Below are positions 1-9,021 of a stretch of DNA of 64,000 nt, in pieces. Position numbers and translations under genes: made by a program. Source of the DNA: a virus (taxonomy: Duplodnaviria; Caudoviricetes); IMG/VR virus record IMGVR_UViG_3300021387_000994, positions 32,001 to 96,000 of that record, one strand, 5' to 3'. Position 1 is the first letter of the stretch; every line of letters starts with the position of its first letter. The notes below the pieces were generated by a model that saw nothing but the letters and a program-made list of their open reading frames with translations, was not told where the DNA came from and ran no database searches.

Positions 1-642
1 TATGTAGTTCTGAACTTTTTCTAAAAATTCATCCTCATCTATATATAATGTATCTGCTTCATCTTTTGATAGATAAATAGATTCAGCAAGAGAAGTCTTT
101 AAATACTCATTCAGTTTTGTATTCAATTCTCCGGATGATATTCTATTATTGGTCTCAGACCTTACCTCATTAATTGAATTTGCAAGTCTGTCACAATAGG
201 CATAAAGATTTCTGTTTGAAGTTTGTAAACTTTTTATATCTTCTATAAGGGATAATGGTTCATCTAACAAACCAAATTCTTCTTTGGTAAGAAGATAGTT
301 TTTCGAATAGTTTTCAAGAGCTTGTTTTGTTATGATATTCTCAATTGGAGAACCTATTATATTCACAAGTTCATCTACAAGTGACAAATTTGTCACATAG
401 TCATGTTCGGCGAGCCAAGCGTTAAGTTCAGACTTTTTTACAACATCTTTAATATTGCTATCGGAAGCGAACACAGATAGTTTGTGTCTCCTATTATTCC
501 AATCGAAATAAAACTCATTGGTATCACTCGTATGGTATAATCTTCCGTTTGAGGGTGTTTTTATGTTACATAATTCTTCATAAGTACATGTTATAACTTC
601 CAAATATTCAACAGCAAGATTTGTGTTGTCTTGTACGTTCAT
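1..642 (-). CDS. hypothetical, probably virion/tail-fibre-associated protein (3' end runs off the window)
   Basis: Open frame from ATG at 642 (MNVQDNTNLAVEYLEV...GRLYHTSDTNEFYFDWNN...) to the window edge; late-promoter motif CATAAATA at 665-672 (-). Confidence 0.6.
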   Translation of the reverse strand, partial: MNVQDNTNLAVEYLEVITCTYEELCNIKTPSNGRLYHTSDTNEFYFDWNNRRHKLSVFASDSNIKDVVKKSELNAWLAEHDYVTNLSLVDELVNIIGSPIENIITKQALENYSKNYLLTKEEFGLLDEPLSLIEDIKSLQTSNRNLYAYCDRLANSINEVRSETNNRISSGELNTKLNEYLKTSLAESIYLSKDEADTLYIDEDEFLEKVQNYI

Positions 643-718
643 ATAAAGTTCTATTTGTTTTATATATTTATGATTTTTTTGTTATATTTAATACATAGAA
701 ACAATTAAAATAATAACT

Positions 719-1147
719 ATGGATTTAAACGAAAGATTTAATGTATTGGTGCAAGGTGTTGAAATTGCACAAAAAAGTGGAGTTCTTACTTTAGATGATG
801 CTGCTAAAGCAAAAACTGCAATTGATTCCATTCAAAAAGGTGAAAATTTAAGAGACGAATTATTCAAACTTTCAGAGATTTGTGAATTTGCTCAAAAGAA
901 AGGTGTGTATAATCTTGCAGATGCACATACAATTTTCCTTGCCGCTGACCAGATTGGTGCAGAAATTGATAAATTCTTGATTAGTCAAGAGAAACCACAC
1001 GAAGTGCCAGATAATGATGTGGAAAAAGAAGAAAGTGAATCTTGGGTAATTCCAAATGGAACCAAAGATGTAGAAGATTGTGAAAAACAAGAGGAAAACA
1101 AGGAATCAGACGGAAAAAAGAAACCATCTAAGAAAAAGGGTAAATAA
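719..1147 (+). CDS. hypothetical protein
   Basis: 142-aa ORF preceded by TTTGTTATATTTA (678-690) and followed by a terminator. Confidence 0.7.
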   Translation: MDLNERFNVLVQGVEIAQKSGVLTLDDAAKAKTAIDSIQKGENLRDELFKLSEICEFAQKKGVYNLADAHTIFLAADQIGAEIDKFLISQEKPHEVPDNDVEKEESESWVIPNGTKDVEDCEKQEENKESDGKKKPSKKKGK

Positions 1148-1163
1148 AACACCAATAGGAACG

Positions 1164-1196
1164 AAAAAAAGGAGGTCTCTAAGACCTCCTTTTTTT
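1164..1196. terminator. bidirectional intrinsic terminator
   Basis: A-tract, GGAGGTC/GACCTCC stem, T-tract, between convergent genes. Confidence 0.75.
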
Positions 1197-1258
1197 ATTT
1201 TTGGATAAAGTACCCACAAAAAGAAAAAGGAGCCAAAATAGACCCCTTTCCGTAAGTT

Positions 1259-1798
1259 TTACATACCATCGGCGACCATTGCCATTGCACCGAGAATTGC
1301 TCTCGTGTGTTCTTTGAGTTCGACATCGTTTTCAACAAGATTTACGACAACCTCATCGTCTGTTGCAAGTGATGTCTGTACATCTACATCCTTCCATCTA
1401 CGGAAACCCTTTTCACAAGTCACCACAATTCTTTCATACCAGTCGAGAGGAAATCTCTTCTTTATTCTCTCTATGTATCTTCCAAGTTCATAGAAACAGA
1501 TTGGTTGGTCTGATTCCAATGTGTTTGCAAAGTACATTGAGAAAATATCACATTTTTCCAACATCTCAAACTCCCACTTGATTTGTTCATCGGCGGCCGA
1601 TGGGTCGTGAATCGGGAAATTTGGTCTCCTTGGATTCATAAGATAGACATCAATATCAGATTCCATTTCAACATTTGTGAAATTTTTAATGATTCTGTCT
1701 TGCCACATAGGACATTTCTGAATACCACCGGCGAGAAAAATCTTTATTGATTTTTTTGAGAAATCTACCTTTTCGGGTGCAGTAACCACTTTTATCAT
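1259..1798 (-). CDS. nucleoside 2-deoxyribosyltransferase-like protein
   Basis: Motif series IFLAGGI..WQ..NPRR..QIKWE..LEKCD..QPI..ELG. Confidence 0.8.
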   Translation of the reverse strand: MIKVVTAPEKVDFSKKSIKIFLAGGIQKCPMWQDRIIKNFTNVEMESDIDVYLMNPRRPNFPIHDPSAADEQIKWEFEMLEKCDIFSMYFANTLESDQPICFYELGRYIERIKKRFPLDWYERIVVTCEKGFRRWKDVDVQTSLATDDEVVVNLVENDVELKEHTRAILGAMAMVADGM

Positions 1799-1817
1799 AT
1801 TTCAATGTTATTTTGTA

Positions 1818-2657
1818 TCAATTCCAATATAAACTTTCGAACACATCCTTGTTTGTCCTACCTTCTTTTGTCCTACGGAACGAACTGTTCTTACTATCTA
1901 TATATACCTTGTTAATATAGCAATCAATCGGTACGACAAGAGAACCATTTGACTTACCATCAAAACTTAAAACAAATTTAATATCCATCGTGTTCAATAG
2001 TCTTAACTGATTGAAAAAATCATCGAAAACTACTCTACCAAAATATCTGTTTATCCGTGTGTTGTCATAAGGAGGGTCAAGATAAAGAAAGTCTCCTTCT
2101 TCAATTTCTTCAAATATGTCTTTATAATCACAACATCTGAATGTCACCTCATTTACATTTAAAAGTTCACTCCAATCCATAATCACCGGTTGAAGTCTTT
2201 TTGGCTTTATTCCGTCACGAGTCAAATGAAGGGTTCCATTGAACTCTTTATGTTTGTTGTACCTTGGTATTCCGTTTGTACAAGTTCTCATTATGAAGAA
2301 AAACAACATAGGATTTCTCGTTTTATTAAACTCATTTCTGATTTCCTCGAAATATGCACGTTTCATCCCTTTGTTGTCTATAGACTGCATTTTTGACCAC
2401 ATTCTGCTGTACTCATCAAACAGTTCTTCCGGATTATCCTTTACAACATTCCACAAATCAATTAAATCCGGATTTGTATCTGAACATACAAAATCACGAG
2501 CAAACTTCTCATCAGACACCATAAGTTGATACAAGACCGAACACCCTCCACAAAATGGTTCATAGTATGTTCCCATATATTTTGGAAAATAGGATATTAT
2601 CTGCTCACTTTGTATTCTTTTACTTCCAGACCATTTTATAATTGGTTGAAAATCCAT
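1818..2657 (-). CDS. Dam-family (D12) DNA adenine methyltransferase 1
   Basis: KWSGSK, YYEPFCGGCSV and YLDPPY motifs. Confidence 0.9.
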   Translation of the reverse strand: MDFQPIIKWSGSKRIQSEQIISYFPKYMGTYYEPFCGGCSVLYQLMVSDEKFARDFVCSDTNPDLIDLWNVVKDNPEELFDEYSRMWSKMQSIDNKGMKRAYFEEIRNEFNKTRNPMLFFFIMRTCTNGIPRYNKHKEFNGTLHLTRDGIKPKRLQPVIMDWSELLNVNEVTFRCCDYKDIFEEIEEGDFLYLDPPYDNTRINRYFGRVVFDDFFNQLRLLNTMDIKFVLSFDGKSNGSLVVPIDCYINKVYIDSKNSSFRRTKEGRTNKDVFESLYWN

Positions 2658-3767
2658 TTAAAATCCTATTTTTTTCTTTTCTTCGACAAATTTGTTTTCA
2701 CCGGAAAATAATTCTGCAAGTGATATATCTTTATCAGGTTCTTTCAAACCAAGTTTCTTTGCCGCCTCGATAGCACGTTCCTTTTTCAATTTACCGAAGT
2801 CGTACTTCATTCTGCAACGGCCAGGTCTAAGTAGAGCGTTATCAATATTTTTTTCATTTGTATTAAATGTACAGATAAATTTTATGTTGAGGGCATCGGC
2901 AAGTAGACCATCACTCATATTCAACATGTCTGCAACTGCTGAACTTCTCGTATTATTTTTTGTAACGACTAAATTCTCACAATCCTCAATTACAAATACA
3001 CAATTTCTATTACCCATAAGAAACGATAAAAATTGTGGACTAGTTATATCATTCACAAGATTTGACGGGACATAGACAAACTTCTTATTATTCTTTAGTT
3101 GTTTAATCAAATGTCTTATATATGTGGTCTTACCTGTACCTGCATCACCATGTAAGATATACAATCCATTGTCATCTTCCTTGATACTTCTCACGATTTC
3201 TTTGTTAATTTCCTCAAACCCTTCGTTATACAGTCCGAAATCCAATTCCCCTTTCAATTTTATTTCAAAAGGTTCCATGTAAAAATCATGTGCATGTGCT
3301 ATAATATTGCACATAACCTTGTTATTGTCACCAACATAATCTAAAAGATATTTATTTACTACGGATTTAATAATATCTTTATTCTTATGTGTATGTATTT
3401 CTATACCAGGCCAATTATTTCCAAAAGAAATCAAACACTCGTCATTAAACACAATAAAACCAGTGATAAAAATATCATTCAATATAATTTCTTCTTCGTG
3501 TTCGTCAAACATATCATTCTCATCTGTATTTGAATATCCAACACAAAAATTGGTAAATCCGTCAGCAATTAATTTATCATAAAGACTTTCCACTTTTTTT
3601 AGTCTATCATTACGACCATTATAAGAAATACTAAACGAACAATTTATAGTTGGGTAAAATCCAAAAATAGAAGAGTATATATTCTTCTCATCATCAAGAT
3701 GTGCTCTCATAACGGTCGTGTTTTCTATAGTTTTATCCGTGCCGTATAATTTAAATATTTTTCCCAT
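2658..3767 (-). CDS. AAA+ ATPase
   Basis: Walker A GDAGTGKT, Walker B VIEDCE, SRH-like DNALLRPGR. Confidence 0.85.
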   Translation of the reverse strand: MGKIFKLYGTDKTIENTTVMRAHLDDEKNIYSSIFGFYPTINCSFSISYNGRNDRLKKVESLYDKLIADGFTNFCVGYSNTDENDMFDEHEEEIILNDIFITGFIVFNDECLISFGNNWPGIEIHTHKNKDIIKSVVNKYLLDYVGDNNKVMCNIIAHAHDFYMEPFEIKLKGELDFGLYNEGFEEINKEIVRSIKEDDNGLYILHGDAGTGKTTYIRHLIKQLKNNKKFVYVPSNLVNDITSPQFLSFLMGNRNCVFVIEDCENLVVTKNNTRSSAVADMLNMSDGLLADALNIKFICTFNTNEKNIDNALLRPGRCRMKYDFGKLKKERAIEAAKKLGLKEPDKDISLAELFSGENKFVEEKKKIGF

Positions 3768-3787
3768 TTGTAAATTTTAATCTTTTT

Positions 3788-5134
3788 TTATACTAAATGA
3801 CTTAATGTATCTACCATATCACTTCTTTCAAAAAGTTTCATCTTATTATAATTAGCATCGATTTTGAACTTAGTATCACGACCCTCACCCTCACGTATTT
3901 TCAATATCTTCAAATAATAAAACGGAACACAAGTACCATCTTCATCTTCATTTCCAACACCCATTCTCATATCATCTGTCTGTATGATACCGAAACAAGT
4001 ATCAACCGTATGTAGAAGACCCATAGATTCGGCAACATCTTCCATATTGATATCAGAACCATTTAGGGCACTACGACCACACTGTGTGGCGGTAATAATT
4101 GAAAGGTTATACTTTACTGCAATACCCCTCAAATCTTCTGCTATCTGTTTGATTTTGAGATATGTGCTCTCACTATTTGGAAGACGGTAGTTTGACATAA
4201 TGTTGATATAGTCAATGATGACCACATCAACCTTGAACTTCTGTGTTTCCTCTACTTCCTTAATATATCTCTCAACATCCAACACGGTACCTTGTCCGGT
4301 AGGGAACTCTTTGATAAAAAGTTTTCCGAGTGGCATTATCGAACTCATTGAAAGATTATTTAGTTTTTTTCTTACCTTGTTCGAATCTTCCACTATAGAA
4401 TCATAATCTTCCAATGTTATATCAAAAAGGTTTGCACCGATTCTTCTTGTAACCTTTGCTGCCGACATCTCACAAGTAATGTAAAGAACATTTTTTCCTT
4501 TACGGACAAACTCAGCAGCATCATTACAAAGGAACACAGACTTACCGGCATTTGTTGCACCGATATAGCACGTAAGTGTTTTAAGGTCGAGACCACCTTT
4601 AGAAATCTTATTAAAATATTCCCAAGTGTATGGTATCTTATAATCTTTTACTGATTTATGAGAATCAACGTCAAAGAAATTACTACCCAAATCTGTATCG
4701 AAAGAAATCAATGAAGTATCGGCGACCATACCCGTGGCTTTATGAACCACATCGACAACATTGTCAAGTGTAATATCGGTTGTCTTAACGTATGTTACTG
4801 CCTTAACTATATTGACATTCAAAGCTCTCCATTGTATCCACCCCTCAGTAGTACCTTTTAACCACTCGTCGTCGTATGAACCTATCTCAACATCATATAT
4901 AGAACGAATGGTTTCAACCGATATTTTCTTATCGTCATCTTTCAAAAGTGAAATCATCTGCTCACAAGACGGAGATTCTTTATACTCTTTGAAGAAATTT
5001 TTGGAAGTAAGTGCAACATACTGAATATCCTCATTGGTAAAGAAATCACCACCTATCGAAAGAAGATAGTTCGGATGTTTCAACATGTAAGCAAATATGA
5101 CTTTCTCCTGTTGTATGCTCGACTTTAATCCCAT
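3788..5134 (-). CDS. gp41: T4 gp41-like replicative DNA helicase (SF4)
   Basis: GATNAGKS, YITCEMS, IKEFPTG, IIDYINIM, TATQ, AESMGL motifs. Confidence 0.9.
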   Translation of the reverse strand: MGLKSSIQQEKVIFAYMLKHPNYLLSIGGDFFTNEDIQYVALTSKNFFKEYKESPSCEQMISLLKDDDKKISVETIRSIYDVEIGSYDDEWLKGTTEGWIQWRALNVNIVKAVTYVKTTDITLDNVVDVVHKATGMVADTSLISFDTDLGSNFFDVDSHKSVKDYKIPYTWEYFNKISKGGLDLKTLTCYIGATNAGKSVFLCNDAAEFVRKGKNVLYITCEMSAAKVTRRIGANLFDITLEDYDSIVEDSNKVRKKLNNLSMSSIMPLGKLFIKEFPTGQGTVLDVERYIKEVEETQKFKVDVVIIDYINIMSNYRLPNSESTYLKIKQIAEDLRGIAVKYNLSIITATQCGRSALNGSDINMEDVAESMGLLHTVDTCFGIIQTDDMRMGVGNEDEDGTCVPFYYLKILKIREGEGRDTKFKIDANYNKMKLFERSDMVDTLSHLV

Positions 5135-5412
5135 ATCGTTTTCACAATTTTATATGAACTACCACTTTTTTCTATAAACCCTTCACCAAGTAAAGTGTTT
5201 ATTATTTTATCTATTCTATTATTAACCAACTCATCGTCTGTTTCATTGGAGAAATATCTATTTTTAATTTTATCCCTTGAAAACAACTTATCATCCAATG
5301 AAATTGTACATGAGTCATAAAGTACATCCAATGGAGTAGGATAACCGAACAAAGTCTTATTTATTCCAGTTATATATCTTACTTGTATTTTATTTTTGTC
5401 TAATTCTCTCAT
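5125..5412 (-). CDS. hypothetical protein
   Basis: Start placed at MRELDK (5412) because a promoter-motif variant lies at 5419-5431. Confidence 0.6.
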   Translation of the reverse strand: MRELDKNKIQVRYITGINKTLFGYPTPLDVLYDSCTISLDDKLFSRDKIKNRYFSNETDDELVNNRIDKIINTLLGEGFIEKSGSSYKIVKTIWD

Positions 5413-5452
5413 ATAACTAAAATATAACAAAAAAAGGTGGAGATTATCCACC

Positions 5453-5524
5453 TTTTAACAAAATATCAGGTATATACTTGATTTTTTTGTTAAAATCTAT
5501 AATATACCTGATATTTTGTTAAAA
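5453..5524. repeat. 23-bp perfect inverted repeat downstream of uvsX
   Basis: TTTTAACAAAATATCAGGTATAT (5453-5475) pairs with ATATACCTGATATTTTGTTAAAA (5502-5524). Confidence 0.85.
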
Positions 5525-5527
5525 ATG

Positions 5528-6187
5528 TTATTCCTCAATGAGTTGTGTTTTGATTTGGTCATCAATGGTTTCTTCTTCCTCCTCAAACAAATCATCTATT
5601 TTTACACCGTCTGCATACTTGAATTCCTCTTGTATGTATCTGTCGAGTCTTTCAAGTCTTTCCTTGGTAAATGCCTTTGATGTGAAAAGTTCCTTTGGTG
5701 TGATTGTCTCACCGTTGTCAAGACAATAGTTTCTTGAAGTTTCACTTGGAACGAAGTACAAAACCTCACCGTCTTTCTTTTCAACACGGATGTACTCATC
5801 ATTTGGTGACTTATTGTATTCTTTTTCTGTGATAAATTTCCCTTTTTGAATACCACATCTCTCAAATGAGATATATTCCTCAAGACCGACATATGGGTTC
5901 ATACCAGAAACATAGGATATATAAAATTTAACAGTTGTTGGTTTACAGAACCTGTTCTTTTCCGGTTTTGCTGTAACAATGATGCCAGTCTGCAAATTGT
6001 CAGAACCCTCCTTGAGTTTTGCCTTTGTCAAATTAAGTATTATTGATGCACCATACACCATACCAGAATTATGGTTCACAACACCATTTTCTGTTACATA
6101 ATGTTGGACATCTTCAACAGTAAGGTCATAAACATCAGTACAACAGTTTTCTTTTACACTTTTTACTTTTAATGTCTTCAATTGCAT
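5528..6187 (-). CDS. uvsX: UvsX/RecA C-terminal fragment fused to split intein C-part (IntC 6068-6187)
   Basis: 40-aa IntC with VYDLTVE..H.Y..NGVVNHN, then +1 Ser and the RecA-type SGMVYGAS...KNRF. Confidence 0.9.
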   Translation of the reverse strand: MQLKTLKVKSVKENCCTDVYDLTVEDVQHYVTENGVVNHNSGMVYGASIILNLTKAKLKEGSDNLQTGIIVTAKPEKNRFCKPTTVKFYISYVSGMNPYVGLEEYISFERCGIQKGKFITEKEYNKSPNDEYIRVEKKDGEVLYFVPSETSRNYCLDNGETITPKELFTSKAFTKERLERLDRYIQEEFKYADGVKIDDLFEEEEETIDDQIKTQLIEE

Positions 6188-7145
6188 ATTCTATATCTTT
6201 TATTATTTTTTCAATATTGTTGTTTTTAAAATATTTGTCACCGATACGAATTATTCCAATAATATCTTTTCTTTTTGATAGAATAATATTATCTCTTATT
6301 TCATCATATTCAATATCATGCCAAAAATTACCATCATATTCAAACAATATTATATTGTTTTCAAATTCAATATAACCATCGGTAAGGACATATTGTTTTC
6401 CATATTTTGAATATAATTCTGTATTTTGTACATTTATTCCTAAATGCAAATGTTTCAAACCACATAAATGTTTTGAAATTTCATTAAAGAAACACAACTC
6501 CTCTTTGGATTCATAACCTAAATTTTTCTTCCAGTATTTTTCCGGATTTAATCTGTATAATTCTTTTTGTCTTTCTGATTGTTTCTTAATTGCAGATTCA
6601 TACTCATCATCACTTTTATAATTTTCACGACACATTCCGTTTAACTTGTGAACTTGAAATATAGCATCATCCTCTGAAAATCCATTTTCAATCCAATATT
6701 GTTTTGACCACTTACATTTTTTCAGTCTTTCTTTGTATGAATATTTCTTAATCATTTTATCGGAACGTTCTTTTTGTATTTTTTTAATTGTTTCTATATA
6801 TTCCGATTCCGAAACACCCTTATCAATATAATACTCCTTACATAATGGTGACCTTTTTCTCTGTTCAAAACTTATTTTTTCATATATTTCTTCACAATTT
6901 TCCCAACCCATTGATTTCCAATAATCTGTTGACAACACAGATGATGATTTTCCACACCTCAAAGATTTTAGGTATTTGCTAATATCATCAAATTTATTCC
7001 TAATTCTATTTGACTTTGTGTTTAGAAAAACCTCATAGCATTTTTGAACAAGAGATTCATTGTTTTCATTTATGTTTGGAAAACTTTGTTTTAGAAATGA
7101 TTTGAATATTTCAATACAATATATATCCGATACCCTATACTTCAT
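6135..7145 (-). mobile_element. free-standing Vsr-like/PD-(D/E)XK homing endonuclease between the split-intein halves
   Basis: N-terminal repeated Y(W/Y)xxxG motifs; C-terminal ESKEE..DGY..FEYDGNFWH..DEIRD..IIRI; own late promoter at 7165-7172. Confidence 0.8.
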
Positions 7146-7198
7146 TGTTTTTCATATTTTTTATTATTTATGAAAAAAGCAGAGTGGTGGATATGGTA

Positions 7199-8164
7199 TC
7201 ACAATTTCTTTATCTCATTCCCTTCAACCAAATCGGAAGCCTTTATCCATTTTGAATCATCCAATATATCATCAAAATTTTCACCTATAAAGAATCTATG
7301 GTCTTTTGAACAAGTAATTTTACTTCCATCTTCAAACTCTATATCCAATGTGTCTTTTTTAAATCTCCACGTGTTCATAATTTCTTTGTCACCAACAATC
7401 GTCTTCACTTTGTCACCAACACGGATGTCTTCTATATTCTTTAATTCGCCATTTGACATAATAACTTTTGAACCACCAACTAAACATCCTCCAGATTGTA
7501 CGGATGTTGGTATATATGTGTTTGTTGATTCATATACGTGGTTTGACAATGCCATTGTTGCACCGATAATACCCATCTTCATAGAAACAATTCTGAACAA
7601 AGACCTTAATTTCTTTGCTTTTGTCATATCCGCTTTGTCACTCCCTGATTTTGCATCATCAATTTCCTTTTCTGTTGGGAGTCCACCTAATGAATCAAGA
7701 ACAAAAAACACTTTTGGAATTTCCATACCAGATTCTTTCTTTTCAATAAGAAGTTCTATAATCTGTGTAATTGATGTTCTAAATTCCTCAACACTTGTCA
7801 CTGGTTCATATCTGAATTTTTCCGGATTGATACCAAATTGAATTAACATCTTTTTTTCAACAGCATTCTCAGAATCATACCAAATAACAAAATATTCCTT
7901 TTCTATCGCCTCTCTTGCAATATTAAGAAGTAAATATGTTTTTCCAACACCACTAACACCAGACAATGCCGTTATTCTATTATTTGGAATACCACCAAAA
8001 ATACTTCCAGATAAACTTGCATTACAAGCATAATTACCAACTGGAATATAATCAGTAATTTCTGATACTCCAGCATCTTCCGACATCAAACCACCCCATT
8101 TTGAGTTTTTTGACATTTCTTTGTTTAAATCACTAAAACTAAAAATTCCACTTTGTTTAGCCAT
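7199..8164 (-). CDS. uvsX: UvsX/RecA N-terminal fragment fused to split intein N-part (IntN 7202-7486)
   Basis: GGIPNNRITALSGVSGVGKT, YDSENA, LDSLG; intein begins at QSGG|CLVGGSKV, has block B TCSKDH, and ends in a stop after 95 aa. Confidence 0.9.
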   Translation of the reverse strand: MAKQSGIFSFSDLNKEMSKNSKWGGLMSEDAGVSEITDYIPVGNYACNASLSGSIFGGIPNNRITALSGVSGVGKTYLLLNIAREAIEKEYFVIWYDSENAVEKKMLIQFGINPEKFRYEPVTSVEEFRTSITQIIELLIEKKESGMEIPKVFFVLDSLGGLPTEKEIDDAKSGSDKADMTKAKKLRSLFRIVSMKMGIIGATMALSNHVYESTNTYIPTSVQSGGCLVGGSKVIMSNGELKNIEDIRVGDKVKTIVGDKEIMNTWRFKKDTLDIEFEDGSKITCSKDHRFFIGENFDDILDDSKWIKASDLVEGNEIKKL

Positions 8165-8250
8165 ATACTATAAAATTTATTTTGTTGTACTCTAAATATA
8201 ACAAAAAATATGTCAGGTTCCATAAATATTTTAAACACAAAATTTTTGTA

Positions 8251-8823
8251 ATGATTGATGAAAAATTACCAAAGAAAATAACACTCAATGATATTTTAAA
8301 TCGTAAAAGATGGATATTGGAACTTGTCGATAAATTCGGAATGGATATACCCGATGATATAGATGGTCACGATTTCAAGAAAGTTTGGGACAGATGGGTA
8401 GATAAAGGTGGTGAATCCAACTATTACTTTGCAGAAGAATTAAGAAAAGGATTGAACAAATACCTTATAGAAAAAAATAAAGAAGTGAATGAGTGTGGTG
8501 TTCAAGGTGGTGCAACACCGACAAATGTCGGTGGAATGGGCAACATAGTTTTACCTGGTGGTGAACCAGGTAGCGGTTCACCTGGTTCAGGTGACATTCC
8601 TTTACCATCTCCAACAGGAAAAGTGTATACACAAGTTCAACCATTTGACCAATTTATAAAGAAAAATTGGAAAAATAAGAAAATGAAAAAATCAAAAAGA
8701 AAACGTAGATTGGAAAAAAACAGTGATGCAGAACATACACCAAATGATTCTGTATATGATTATGTTGATGATTTTAGAACATATATACAAAGAACACATA
8801 ATGAAATACTATGGGTATATTAA
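8251..8823 (+). CDS. late hypothetical protein with Gly/Pro-rich segment
   Basis: CATAAATA at 8221-8228; VNE site followed by GATPTNVGGMG...GSGD. Confidence 0.65.
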   Translation: MIDEKLPKKITLNDILNRKRWILELVDKFGMDIPDDIDGHDFKKVWDRWVDKGGESNYYFAEELRKGLNKYLIEKNKEVNECGVQGGATPTNVGGMGNIVLPGGEPGSGSPGSGDIPLPSPTGKVYTQVQPFDQFIKKNWKNKKMKKSKRKRRLEKNSDAEHTPNDSVYDYVDDFRTYIQRTHNEILWVY

Positions 8824-8833
8824 AAACTATTAT

Positions 8834-8956
8834 ATGTTTAACTATGCTACATCATTTAATCAAGATTTATCAGAATGGGATTTAACTAAAAAAAATACAA
8901 TAGATATGTTTAAAGATTGTCCTATCAAAGACGAATACAAACCTAAAATGAAATAA
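8834..8956 (+). pseudogene. remnant of BspA/DUF285-type repeat protein
   Basis: MFNYATSFNQDLSEWD...DMFKDCPIKDEYKPK: one repeat unit plus C-terminal cap only. Confidence 0.6.
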
Positions 8957-9021
8957 AGAGTGATTATTAAATCATTCTTTATTTTTTTCATAAATACTAT
9001 AAATATATAAAATATAATAAC

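Noticed and set aside
6135-7198. Group I intron interrupting uvsX
   Set aside because: Only about 50 nt of non-coding sequence; both flanks carry intein motifs and IntC has its own start, so a split intein fits better
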